Positions 12,352 through 24,664 of a stretch of DNA of 64,000 nucleotides are shown here, in pieces (within the stretch, counting starts at the first letter, position 1; every line of letters starts with the position of its first letter). Source of the DNA: Octopus sinensis (lineage: Eukaryota); contig NC_043010.1 of NCBI RefSeq assembly GCF_006345805.1, positions 60,946,001-61,010,000 on the forward strand. The letters are read 5' to 3'. The position numbers and the translations under genes are program-made. The notes beneath the pieces were generated by a model. It was not told the DNA's origin. It did not search any database and was given only the letters and a program-made list of their open reading frames with translations.

Positions 12352-13478
12352 TTGCTGTGCATATACAATGAGTTTTAAAATTCTAGCTCACTTCTGCTGT
12401 TTACAGCAGTGCTTGGAAGGAAGGTGTGTAGCGTGTGATTGTCACATTGACCATGACAAAGAAAGTTGAGCAGAGAATCTGCATCAAATTTTGCCAAAAG
12501 CTTGGCAAGACATGCTCAGAGGCCTACGCAAAGTTTTCATTGTTCTCGACACAAGGTAATCTTGTGCAACTGAAACCCGAGTGCCTTTCTGGTCACTGCT
12601 GAAAGTAGTTTTGGCACAAACTTGGCAGACACACGTCTCATACCCAAATCTTCAATGATAATGGACTGAACTGAACCGTAACTAATCTGTACATCCTCTG
12701 ATAACTCATGAATGGTGATTCAATGACTTCCTTCACAGCCGCATGCACATCTGCAATGTTTTTCTCAGTTCTGCTGGTTGTGGGTCTCCCAGAACGTTTG
12801 TCAATATTGACATTTTTTCAGCCACCTTGGAAACGTCTGAACCACCTGTACACTTACGTGCGGTTCATACAACTCTTCTCCATACACTTTCTGCAACTTT
12901 GCATCAGCCTCTAAGCAGGTATCGCCATGACAACTTTCTGTCACGGTCAATGTGACGATCACATACTACACACCTTCCTTCCAAGCTCTGCTGTAAACAG
13001 TGGATATGAGCTAGAATGTTAAAACTTAGTGCACATGCATAGCAGAGTTCAAGGTCAACACATATCAATTCAGAATTCAATCTCATTTTAAGTGGTCCAT
13101 TTCTGAAGCCACATACTTTATCCAGCATCATTTCCATTGAGGCTAATATTCCTGGAACTCTTTTGGGATGGTGAGCAGCTGTCTTGTTGCATTCTTTTAG
13201 ATTTCCTTGATGTCATGAAATCTTTTCCCTTTCAAAGTTTGTTTTCAGGGCCATAGCCATTATTACCATTTCCTCGACACAGTATTGGAGATCCTGCACA
13301 GCTGAAACCTGATCTTATTTTGAGAACAACCACCCTTCACACTCGACTTTCAACCACTGCTATAAACAACAGGAGTGAGTGAGAATGTTTGAACTAAGCG
13401 TGCATGCAGGACAGTGTTCAAGGCGAATCTGTGCCGAGCAGTTTCACTTTGTGTATTTTAGCTCCGTTACCATAGCAA
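12352..13478. mobile_element. Rearranged mariner fossil: head-to-head 5' halves plus an internally deleted copy
   Basis: Plus strand MTKKVEQRICIKFCQKLGK (~12454). Minus strand VYRWFRRF..RSGRP..LGMRRVSAKFVPKLL (12900-12590) and C-terminal LKGKRFHDIKEI..IPKE (13240-13090). 12352-12470 is inverted relative to 12925-13045. Confidence 0.8.
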
Positions 13479-13480
13479 CC

Positions 13481-13678
13481 TTTTTATTCTTTTACTCGTA
13501 TCAGCCATTTGACTGTGGCCATGCTGGAGCACCACCTTCAGTCGAGTAAATCAACCCCAGGACTTATTCTTTGTAAGCCTAGTACTTATTCTTTCGTTCT
13601 CTTTTGTCAAACCGCTAAGTTATGGGGGACGTAAACACACCAGCATCAGTTGTCAAGTGATGTTAAACACACACTCAC

Positions 13679-13727
<49 letters not shown>

Positions 13728-13900
13728 CATACATATATACGACGGGCTTCTTTCAGTTTCCATCTACCAAATCCACTCACAAGGCTTTGGTCAGCCCAAG
13801 GCTATAGTAGAAGACACTTGCCCAAGGTACCATGCAGTGGGACTGAACCCAGAACCATGTGGTTGGGAAGCAAGCTACTTACCACACAGCCATTCCTGCA
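13481..13900 (-). mobile_element. SINE family A
   Basis: Full-length copy with internal (TA)n. Confidence 0.85.
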
Positions 13901-15114
13901 CAACAGTCCCAATACTTTTTGATCATCAGACCTTGTATCAGCCTCCTCAGCTTCATTATCCTTTTACATCCACTTTCCCAGTCCTTTTGATGCTCGTATC
14001 CTTTCGGTTTGGCGTCTCCAGCTGGATGCCCTTCACATCACCAGCCCCCTTAGAGAGCACATTGAATGCACTGTCTCAGGACACCAGCACTAGAAAGCTT
14101 GTGAAATCCTTGGCAAGACAGCACCAAATGAACCTCACAACCCTACACCTTCTCTGCTAACTTCCCACCTTCTTCACAGTTTGTCCTGGGTGTACTTTTG
14201 GTGCACCAGTACCCAGGAGGTTGTAAAGTCCCTGATGGGGACAGGACTAAATATCACCTGGAAATGACTATAAAACACCAATTATAATGTAATGTAGAAA
14301 AGAAAAAAAATCCAAACAAACTGTAACCCTGGAGGTCCAACAGTTGTGAGCTTAAAGTGGTGGACTGTTAACAACAGTGTCATCACAAGTGCAAAACCTT
14401 ATAACAACAGCTATGCCTCAGTCTACCTGGCTGTCAAACCAGGTTCCAGTCAAATGATTAACAAGAGGAAGGATACCCGGTTGTCAAGACAATTGCTTTG
14501 CCTTGGCTGGCATAAAACGAAACAAATAAAATGAAAATAAAAAATAAGCACAAAACACTGTTTTTTTTTTCTAGTGAGTCAGTTGATTAAACTGGTGCAT
14601 TTTGAAAGCTATTTATTTACATCACCATGACAACATTGAATACAAGGCTTAACAGAATTCTGATTGAACAGAGATGTACAGCACAACATCCAAGCACTAA
14701 GATTGGTCAGCACATTTATTTTGGAGGGGGTGGGGGGAGACTGTTACTGTTGGGAGCGGGGAGCCTGGATTTTTTTTCAACAATATTTATGATTTAATTA
14801 ACCAGGTACACTATATGTTCACTGATTCATAAAAACAATACTAGTAATTGCCATGCTGGAGCACTGCAGAGGAAAGGTGGAAGAATACAATTAAATGAAC
14901 AATCCAGTCAGATTTTACAGATGGAAATGGACAAAAGTAGTGGAATTTCAAACCATTTCTTATAAATAATTAATTTCTGACAGACATTAAAGTAAAGATA
15001 TTTTAGTTTATAAACCCCAGAAAGGTGAACAACAAAGTGGATTCCAACAGGATTTGAACTCAGAACTTAAAATAACTAAATACCACATGAAATTTTGGCC
15101 ACAGTGCCACTAAT

Positions 15115-15480
15115 TCTTATCTTTTATCCTTTATTTGTTTCAGTCTGTGGCCAGGCTGGGGCACCAGCTTGAAGAATTTTAGTCGAATGAATTAACCCCA
15201 GTACTTATTTTTGTTTTGTAAAACCTTGTACTTATTCTATTAGTTGCTTTTGCTGAACTGCTAAGTTAAAGGGGCATAAACACACCAACACCAGTTGTCA
15301 AGCGGTAGACACAGACACAAAGACACACACAATGGGCTTCTTCTAGTTTCCATTTCCCAAATCCACTCACAAGGCTTTGGTTGGCCTGAGGCTATAGTTG
15401 AAACAGTAGATGACACTTGCCCAAGGTGCCATGCAGTGGGACTGAACCCAGGACCAGGTGGTTGGGAAGCAAACTTCTTC
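15115..15480 (-). mobile_element. SINE family A
   Basis: Same head, core and tail as the other copies. Confidence 0.8.
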
Positions 15481-15669
15481 AAATTATGTTATAAGAATTA
15501 ACATAAAGTACGGCTGACACAAGACATATGTAATGTCTTCTTTTGTGTTCCAGCAACCTGGCTTTGAACCCTACAACAGCTCACTACAATTAGAAGAGGG
15601 GCTGGAGGGGGTAATTCAAAAACCCAGTCTTCAGTTACACAATAATTCTTATATTTTTGTGTGCATGTC

Positions 15670-16010
15670 TATCATCATCATCATCATCGTTTAACGTCCA
15701 TTTTCCGCGCTAGCATGGGTTGGACGGTTCGACTGGGGTCTGGGAAGCCAGGAGGCTGCACCAGGCTCCAGTCTGATCTGGCAGTGTTTCTACAGCTGGA
15801 TGCCCTTCCTAACGCCAACCACTCCGCGAGTGTAGTGGGTGCTTTTTACGTGCCACCTGCACAGGTGCCAGGGGGGTTCGGCATCAGCCACAATCGATTG
15901 GTGTTTTTAACGTTACACTGGCACGGAAGCCAGCCAAGGCGGCACTGGCATCAGCCATGTTCTGATGGTGCTTTTTATGTGCCACCGGCACTGGAGCCAG
16001 TCGAGGCAGC
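15670..16010 (-). mobile_element. RTE LINE 3' end
   Basis: (CAT)n tail plus conserved 3' UTR. Confidence 0.8.
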
Positions 16011-16075
16011 GCTGATATTGAATAATCTTTTTCTGGTTTGTAAACACACACAAATATATATACATGCATAAATAT

Positions 16076-16106
<31 letters not shown>

Positions 16107-16581
16107 AGGCAAGAAGACAGTAATTACACAGCTTTAGCTCAAATGCTTTGTGATATTCAATCTGGGTCTCTGTACACTGGGTTCAAATCTTGCCACGGTC
16201 AACTATGCTTTTACCCTTTCAGGGTCAATAAATATTATACCAGTTAGTATGAGGATCAATTCTTCTCCTCTTTCTTTCTTTCTCTACAAGAAATAAGTTT
16301 CTTCAGACCTGGAGAGAGATGGCCCTGACTAGCTTTAAAAAGACTCAAGACATACTGTATATGTATATAATTATATATACACATGCACACATATACATAT
16401 GTATGTACCATACTTTAACATGTATAAAGAACCCTTTTTGTCAAAAATTAGGTTAAAAAAAATGGGAATTTCTTATACATGGATAGTATCATAATCCCTT
16501 ACAAAACCTTTTTCCAAATTTTAAGCCCCCAAAAATTCCTTATACACGTTAAAATATGGTATACAATATACATACATGTGA

Positions 16582-16636
<55 letters not shown>

Positions 16637-17055
16637 CACACACACACATACAGACACAACTCAAAGATATCCAGGATCTGAGCCCCACCTCCCCTACAAA
16701 GTAAACATGTTCCCCTTTTGACTCATGTCCCCACATTTATATAAATTTGCAACCAAAAATTGACAATGAAGAAGTGTTTTTGCTACATAAATTGGTGACT
16801 AGTGGAACCATGGAAATAAACTGAGGAACACAGTTCTAAAAGCTTGTGAAAACAGCCAAAGAAAGAAGAGATTCTACGCTACAAAGTTGGAAACACGTGA
16901 AATTCTTTAGTTCTTATTATTGGATCAAAATAGACAAATACGAAAATCTAACGACTGTCAGGACTGATGCTGAGACCTAAGTAATTATTCCATATTACAG
17001 AGTTTCTCAGAATTGCTGAAGAATTTTTTCTCATTCAGTATTTCATATATATATA

Positions 17056-17230
17056 CATGGTCTGATCAATGAGTGTCCAGACTGTTGCCATAGTAACGAA
17101 GCTAAAACCAACAGAGTGAAGCCACTAGGCACAGATTGACCTTGAACTCTGCTGTGCACAGATTAACCTTGAACTCTGTTGGCTTTAGCTTCGTTACTAT
17201 GGCAACAGTCTGGATACTCACTGATCAGAC

Positions 17231-17234
<4 letters not shown>
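17056..17234. mobile_element. Mariner-derived MITE
   Basis: ~59-bp TIRs (ggtctgatcaatgagtgtccagactgttgccatagtaacgaagctaaa.. / ..tttagcttcgttactatggcaacagtctggatactcactgatcagacc) in a (TA)n context. Matches the mariner end at 13400-13478. Confidence 0.8.
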
Positions 17235-17284
<50 letters not shown>

Positions 17285-18281
17285 ATGAAGGTTTTTTGTT
17301 ATGTTCAACAGACACAGATCTCATCAGTTGAAAACTTGCTAATGACATTCCAATGTACCCTTAGACAAGGCACTTCATTCTACTTAATCCATTTAAGCTA
17401 AATACTGAAAGTAGCCAACACTCCCATTTTGTATTTGAGTTGTTTGCATTATTATTATTATTATTATTATCTTCTGATGGCTACAGCAATCTGCTTGCCT
17501 CAGTAATAGGTGACCAGCCCTCTATTTGGATGAAGGAGATTCTACTAGTGAATATATCTACATGTACACTACGAGTAAACCATGACCACACTGTCAGGAA
17601 GGAAATGGATTGTCTAACGACTAAAAATGACGGATGTATAACAAGAAAACAATTCTACAGCAAACTGACTGATCAATGAAATCTTCATTATTAAATTAAG
17701 CTTGATATTCAGGACAAAGGTAGGTTCTTTTACCCTTCTAACCCTTTCATAGCCATATTTTTAATGAAGTATACCTGTATGTTTCAATTCATCTGGAAAA
17801 TATTCAAGATGGAATGGTTTGATAAAATAGTTACCTTTATCGTTATTAAGCAGGTGTTTGGAACATAAAATGTTTAATACAAAATTAAAACAGGTAAATA
17901 TGTATCCTTTAATATGGAGTGGGTTTGTATCATAGAAAGGGCAATTTCAGGTTGGTATGAAAAGGGTTAAAAGATGAAGAAAAGAAAGACATTAAGGAAG
18001 CTACAAACGGCTAATTACGTGGACTACAAATACCAGAATGGTTGGATGAGGTGAAAAGTATTTCAAAAATAATGATTTTACAGCTTAATCAGTTCTAGAA
18101 AGCAATTAGATCTGATTGTCATTTGGTATGAAATACAAAGGAAAAGAAAAGTCTGGTGAAGATTACTGCCCTAAATGCTGTTAAATCTAGCAATGTTAAT
18201 CCAATTACAATCCCAGTAGATTACACACAGTCAATCTACATGTTAGTTTTCTGTTGCCTAGATACTCGACCATTTGGTTTC

Positions 18282-20072
18282 TTACAGACATAAATACTTG
18301 GTGACCGCCGGAAGGTGATCAATATGTTTCATCGACAACGAGATAGCAGTGTTGTTGTTCTGATTTTCTTTGTGCGTTTTGGAGTGACGTCGAAGGGAAT
18401 CCTGCCGGGAGAATCTCTGCAAGCAAACCTCACACGCGTAGGGTTTCTCTCCGGAATGAGTGCGACTGTGAATCTGAAGTTTATTTCGCTGTGCAAATGT
18501 TTTGTAACAGATTTCACACTGAAATGGCTTCTCCCCCGTGTGGGTCCTCTGATGAACTTGCAGGGTGTCTTTGCGAGCAAATTTTTTCAAGCAGATTTCG
18601 CAGTGAAACCTCTTCTCCCCCGTGTGCATTCGCTGGTGTATTTTTAAATAATCTCGATGGGCAAACTGCTTCAGGCACATGGCACACTGGTAGGGTTTCT
18701 CACCTGTATGGGTTCTTTTGTGTTTCTCAAGAGCATTTCTTTGAAAAAAAGATTTCGGGCATGCATCGCAATGAAATGGTTTAACACCTGTATGAATTCG
18801 AGTATGAATTTGAAGCTTGTCTTTTTGTGAAAACTGCTTTAAACAAATCTGACACTGGAATGGCTTCTCTCCGGTATGGACACGCTTATGAATCTCGAGA
18901 GTATCACGGCGTGTGAACATTTTATCGCAAACGTCACAGTTATATTTCTTTTGCCGTACATGTGTCCCACGGTGTACTTGAAGTTTATCTCGCTTAGCAA
19001 AGTCCTTACCACAGACATCACAGTGGAAAGGTTTCTCCCCGGTATGTGTCCGGCGATGGATTACCAAAGTATCTTTACGTGCAAACTTCTGGATACAAAT
19101 GTCACACTGATAGGGTTTTTCCCCGCTGTGAGAACGCTTGTGGATTCTTAGGTAATCCTTGTTTGTAAAAGGTTCCTGGCAAATATCACATTGGTAAAGT
19201 CTTGCAACAGCCATATGGACCCTTTTATGGGACTGAAGATATTGCTTCTGTGTAAAACTTTTGGGGCAAATATCGCATTTGTAGAGATATGGCACTAAGT
19301 GGGTTCGCTGATGGAGCTGTAGGTGAGCTTTGTTAGCAAAGCTACTGGAACATAAACTACATTTGTACAACTGACCCTCAGATTCGGTTTTGTTATGAAG
19401 TCTTCGATGGATCCGTAAGTAATATTTCTGCGCAAATTTCTTGAAGCAAACTTCACATTCAAACGGTTTCTCTCCACTGTGTCTCAATTGGTGGATTTGT
19501 AATGTGTCCCTGCGAGCAAATCTTTGCAAGCAGAAATCACATTCAAAGGGTCTTTCGCCAGTGTGTTTCCTCCGGTGTATAATCAAGTAGTGTCTCTGAG
19601 CAAAGGCTTCCTGGCAGATTTCACACTGGAAGGGCTTCAGACCTAAATGAGACCGCTTATGGATCTGTAAAGTGTCTCTACGAGCAAACTGCTTTGAACA
19701 CATGTCGCAATGGTAGGGCCTCTCACCTGTGTGAGTACGTCGATGCATTTCTAAAATATATTTCTGAACAAAGTGTTTGCCACAAAAATCACAAAAATAC
19801 CTTTCTCCAAGATGTGTGGCAATTTTTGAAGAATGGTTCTCATTATTCCCCTGGGTCAACATTACAGGCGAGTCTTTCTTCTGGCCCGTTAGGATATCAT
19901 TGGTATCAATTGTCTGGAATTTATTGCTGTTACTGGGCCCAGTCATGGTAGTGTTGCTTGGTTTTGCAATCGAGGAAAGATAATATTGCAAATGCTTAGA
20001 ATCGGCATCAGGAGGAAACACCAGTTCCCCTGTGTGTGGCAGTTTCACAGATGCTCTGACCCCTGCTGCCAT
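18282..20072 (-). CDS. C2H2 zinc-finger protein, 17 tandem fingers, 596 aa, single coding exon
   Basis: Intact ORF with 17 CxxC-x12-HxxxH units, mostly with TGEKP/TGERP linkers. First in-frame ATG at 20072 (the ORF track start 20129 is GTG). No KRAB, BTB or ZAD domain visible. Confidence 0.93.
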   Translation of the reverse strand: MAAGVRASVKLPHTGELVFPPDADSKHLQYYLSSIAKPSNTTMTGPSNSNKFQTIDTNDILTGQKKDSPVMLTQGNNENHSSKIATHLGERYFCDFCGKHFVQKYILEMHRRTHTGERPYHCDMCSKQFARRDTLQIHKRSHLGLKPFQCEICQEAFAQRHYLIIHRRKHTGERPFECDFCLQRFARRDTLQIHQLRHSGEKPFECEVCFKKFAQKYYLRIHRRLHNKTESEGQLYKCSLCSSSFANKAHLQLHQRTHLVPYLYKCDICPKSFTQKQYLQSHKRVHMAVARLYQCDICQEPFTNKDYLRIHKRSHSGEKPYQCDICIQKFARKDTLVIHRRTHTGEKPFHCDVCGKDFAKRDKLQVHRGTHVRQKKYNCDVCDKMFTRRDTLEIHKRVHTGEKPFQCQICLKQFSQKDKLQIHTRIHTGVKPFHCDACPKSFFQRNALEKHKRTHTGEKPYQCAMCLKQFAHRDYLKIHQRMHTGEKRFHCEICLKKFARKDTLQVHQRTHTGEKPFQCEICYKTFAQRNKLQIHSRTHSGEKPYACEVCLQRFSRQDSLRRHSKTHKENQNNNTAISLSMKHIDHLPAVTKYLCL

Positions 20073-20464
20073 TGGTAGTTCTGGGTCATACAGATTACTT
20101 AAGCAATAAGACTTTTCACTAATAAACACAGATCATTTAGGGGTCTGTCAATTGGTATCACTTAAAGGTATCCCTAATTTAACCTGACACTCTCTTACAC
20201 TAACACAAAAAAGGGCCCCTTTCTTGCAATTTTTCAAAATCAAAATAATGTTTGTGTTCTTTTATACCTCATTAAATATTTCCAGATCCCTAAAAGAAAC
20301 TTTTTTCAGTTATAAATAAATCATAAAACTCCGAGAGTTTCTACAGAAGTCTCAACCAAGACTTTAAACTAAAACATCAATGAACAGCAACAGTAAAACA
20401 CCACTTGGCTACAACAACGACAACAACAACGACAACAACAACAGCAACAAAGTCTAAGGTGTAC

Positions 20465-20504
<40 letters not shown>

Positions 20505-20725
20505 TATAGAAGTAGAAAGACTGTTCTCAGTGTTCACAATAAGACCTCAGTGGAGTCATAACCAGATGATGATAGTCTTATAGTAAGCATTCAGTTACGT
20601 TCAGTATTCTTCAACAGGGATCAATGGTGAGGCTTAAAATCATGAAAAGAAACACGGTTTCACTTGATTCCGGTTCTTCACCACAAACTGCCAACGTTAA
20701 GTTCTGGGGTGAAAAGAAACAAGTT
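20073..20725 (-). other. Putative splice acceptor (20704/20703) and long 5' UTR of the 17-finger gene
   Basis: Minus strand ttgtttcttttcaccccag|aac, a polypyrimidine tract plus AG. An alternative acceptor lies near 20290. Inferred, no transcript evidence. Confidence 0.4.
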
Positions 20726-20991
20726 TTCTGAAAAAGAAGAAAGAAAGAGAAGTGTTATGGTGAAGTTGTTGAGAATAAAAAAGGATCAACCGTTTGGCAT
20801 TCAGATTGCTCTGGCAAATGTAAAACTTATTTCAGTCACACTATTTTCAATGAATCATGCATTGTTCAATGGTGGATTTGTATATTTTTAGAATGACATT
20901 ATAGGGTAGGTCTGAGAGGTTAGATCTGATCAATTTTAACATAAAATGGGTAGGATATTTGGGCCAGATTAAATGTTAAAAGGTTATTTCC

Positions 20992-21148
20992 ATTATTTAC
21001 ATTTGATGGCTATTTGTCCTCATCTTGTTGGCTGATATACCCTCCAGCCTTTATCAGGTGTCTTAGGGAAATTTTGAACCTGGGTTCTCATTCCTAAGGT
21101 ATTTTTCAATGTTGTATTTTTCAATGTTATTATTATTATTATATTATC

Positions 21149-21183
<35 letters not shown>

Positions 21184-21552
21184 TCAGGTCACTGCCTGGA
21201 ATCGAACTTGAAATCTTGTGCTCTTAACCACTACACCATATGCCTGTAGGCAATTATGAAGTGAATTTTAGGGCTCATAAATCTAATATTCTCCTATCCT
21301 TTCTTAATACCGGTTCCCATATGCTGCTCATATCAGCACTCGGTCTGCTTAGGAGGTTGTTGTGTCCTAGCATATGTGCTGCTTCTTTTAGCTTTCGTAA
21401 TTTTTTTTGAAAATACGAAAGCTAAAAGAAGCAGCACCTGATGAAAGCTGGAGGGTATATCAGCCGAAACGTGTTAACAACAAACAAGATGAGGACAAAT
21501 ATCCATCAAATGTAAATAATGCAAATAATGTACATAATTCCTCATCTCTTAA
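20992..21552. mobile_element. Penelope-like element remnant with inverted terminal repeats, GIY-YIG C-terminus, tRNA-like unit and hammerhead core
   Basis: Minus strand LRKLKEAAHMLGHNNLLSRPSADMSSIWEPVL (21400-21290). 20993-21060 is the inverse of 21435-21520. CTGATGA..GAAAC at 21438-21470. 24-bp perfect hairpin at 21376-21437. Confidence 0.7.
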
Positions 21553-22565
21553 ACTGTGTTAAAGTGTTAAATTTATAGATGGGTAGTGGTGGTGGTGGTG
21601 TATCTAAATGGGTGGAGATGTATGGAGTCAATGGAATCTTCTGTTGTGCATGACTGCTTCTTATTTTACTAAACTCTGAAGTGCTGAAAAATAAAACTGA
21701 CGTTAGCAGGATTTGAACTCAAAGGGGTATATGGAGTTGTTCTCAAACACACTGCACCCTTTTACCTCTAGGTGACACATTGTCTTTTCAGGTTGTCTTG
21801 TCCACTGCTACTACTATGGTAGACTCTGCTAGTTTTACACCACCCTTCAACTCTCTCATCTCTCCTTCTGTCATCACCCATATTGAGTCCTCTACCCTAG
21901 GCCTCACACTAATCACTTTATTCAGTCTAGTCTTCCCAGGATATCATCCCTCTCGAATTTTTTCCATGCCCATCTTTTAGCTACAGCTATAAACTTACAA
22001 ATGTTCAAGAGGGACATCAACTGTGTTGATGTCACTGGTGTTGGTGGGGCCGTGAAGGCCAATGGTAAGGACCCTTTCTCTAGAACAATCAAAAAGAAAA
22101 TTACCAGGTGTTTTTGTCTGACCAACCATTATCATCATTTAACATCTGTTGACTTGGACAGTTTGACAGGAGCTGGTCAGCTGGAGAGCTGCCTGGGACC
22201 CATGTCAGTTTTGGCTGGATGCCCTTCCTAATGCCAACCACTTTACAGAGTGGCACTGGGTGCTTTTACATGGCACTGGAATGGATGCTTTTTACGTGGC
22301 ACCAACACCCACAAGCAGAAAGGTTAGGAATACTCAGCTGGAGACGGATGCAAAGACAGCCAGATTTACTTGACATGTCTTCTCAAACACAGCAAACTGC
22401 CAAAAGTCTTGGTCCCTCGTCATCCTCCGTGTGAGGCCCAAAACCTGCAGATCCTTTCTCCCCACTTTGTCTCACATCTTCCTGGATCTACCCCTACCAC
22501 ACATTCCCTCCGCAATTAGAGCTCGGCACTCTGCAATACACACACACACACACACAGTAGTATAT

Positions 22566-22797
22566 ATTTCTTTACTACCCACAAGGGGCTAAACACGGAG
22601 GGGACAAACAAGGACAGACAAAGGGATTAAGTCGATTATATCAACGCCAGTGTGTAACTGGTACTCAATTTATCGACCCCTAAAGGATGAAAGGCAAAGT
22701 CGACCTTGGCGGAATTTGAACTCAGAACGTAACGGCAGACGAAATACAGCTACGCATTTCACCCGGCGTGCTAACGATTCTGCCAGCTCGCCGCCTT
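22566..22797 (-). mobile_element. tRNA-derived SINE family B
   Basis: Head aaggcggcgagctggcagaatcgttagcacgccggg..gttctgagttcaaattccgcc, central gcctttcatcctt..ggggtcgataaattgagtaccag. Confidence 0.85.
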
Positions 22798-22906
22798 TTA
22801 TACACAATAGTATAATTCAAATGAAGCATTGTGTGATGGAGTTGTTAAAATTGGTTTAAAAGCCAAAGGACAGCAAAATGGAAATAAAGAATAGCAGACC
22901 AATATA

Positions 22907-23305
22907 GGCGCAGGAGTGGCTGTGTGGTAAGTAGCTTGCTAACCAACCACATGGTTCCGGGTTCAGTTCCACTGCGTGGCATCTTGGGCAAGTGTCTTCT
23001 GCTATAGCCCCGGGCCGACCAATGCCTTGTGAGTGGATTTGGTAGACGGAAACTGAAAGAAGCCTGTCGTATATATGTATATATATATATGTATGTGTGT
23101 CTGTGTTTATCCCCCTAGCATTGCCTGACAACCAATGCTGGTGTGTTTACGTCCCCGTCACTTAGCGGTTCGGCAAAAGAGACCGATAGAATAAGTACTG
23201 GGCTTACAAAGAATAAGTTCCGGGGTTAATTTGCTCGACTAAAGGCGGTGCTCCAGCATGGCCACAGTCAAATGACTGAAACAAGTAAAAGAGTAAAAGA
23301 GAGAG
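22907..23305 (+). mobile_element. SINE family A
   Basis: Full-length copy with an apparent TSD agacc(a/t)at. Confidence 0.9.
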
Positions 23306-23888
23306 AGACCTATCAAAGGGAAAACAACAGTTTACATTTTACTCTGTCTTTCAGTATTTGTGGGTTAAAACAAGGAAATGGAGGTTGATGACAAGCTGGT
23401 ACTTTTTGATTTTTGCAGCATGCACTGAACGATGCAATTGTTATCATAGCCAATCAGCTTCACACAGGATTCTTTTTATAAACGAACCTTCTTAATCTTC
23501 AAATGACCAAAGCTCCATTCTGTTACCCTGAGGGTAGCAATAGAGTCTTGGGTGAGGCCTTTCTCCAGATAATTTCTACACTGCTCTGTCTAGGTGGGTG
23601 TTCCTTAATGAGGGTATGGTTTTCAGACAGGGCTTCTGATGTGGGAACCATCACATTTATTGACAACTAATATTGCAGACTTGACCCAACAATCACTGGG
23701 CCATATTGTTGATTGGGTAATTAGCCATTGTATACACATTGTTCCTGTCTGCTGAACAATTCCCAAACAAGGAATTTCCTCAAAACGAGAGCAGAATCTA
23801 TGACCCGTGTGTTCAGTCCCTCTTTGTAAATGACCCCTATGGTGATTGTAGAGTGAAATCCCTAACAAGGGAAGTATAGTAAGGACCC

Positions 23889-24277
23889 TACTCTTTTACT
23901 TGTTTCAGTCATTTGACTGTGACCGTGCTGGAGCACCGCCTTTAGTCAACCAAATTGACCCCAGAACTTATTCTTTGTAAGCCCAGTACTTATTCTATCG
24001 GTCTATTTTGCCGAACTGCTAAGTTACGGGGATGTAAACACACCAGCATTGGTTGTCAAGCAATGTTGGGGAGACAAACACAGACACACACACATATATA
24101 TATACACATATATACGACGGGCTTCTTTCAGTTTCCATCTACCAAATCCACTCACAAGGCATTGGTCGGCCTGAGGCTATAGCAGACGACACTTGCCCAA
24201 GGTGCCACGCAGTGGGACTGAACCCGGAACCATGTGGATCGTAAGCAAGCTACTTACCACACAGCCACTCCTACGCC
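23889..24277 (-). mobile_element. SINE family A
   Basis: Full-length copy, inverted relative to 22907-23305. Confidence 0.9.
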
Positions 24278-24664
24278 TAGGACTGAAGAAGTGTTGTGTC
24301 TTTTTAGATTTAGAATGGAAGTCCTTACTGCACAGGGGACGGAAATAGAGGAGAATAATGGATTTGGTATGGGAGGGGGGCAAGAGAATGACTGAGATAA
24401 GAGCAGGAGTAAGTCGTCTTATAGTATGAAGAGGTGGACAGGTGGATGTTGAATGAATGGAAGTGGCAAGTGGCAAGTGAGAATCGTTGGTGTAAGAGAT
24501 GGCTTGTTGTTGCCTGATGAGAGAAGTGGTGATGATGCACTCATCAACCTTAGCAGCCATGCACATCAATGAATTTGGCAAATATTTAGGCTTCAATACA
24601 AAGAACGGAACCAAGTTGCATCCCTGTTATCTCACCTCACTTTGTCTTTATAGATTCTTAACTT

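Noticed and set aside
18315-19983. Antisense and alternative-frame ORFs over the zinc-finger CDS
   Set aside because: Shadows of the real coding frame.
21185-21246. Possible tRNA gene (also the SINE heads, e.g. 62755-62820)
   Set aside because: A and B boxes are present but there is no complete cloverleaf. These are tRNA-derived repeat heads.
23470-23870. Possible GIY-YIG remnant (TGHRFCSRFEE)
   Set aside because: Similarity is too short and degenerate to call without a search.
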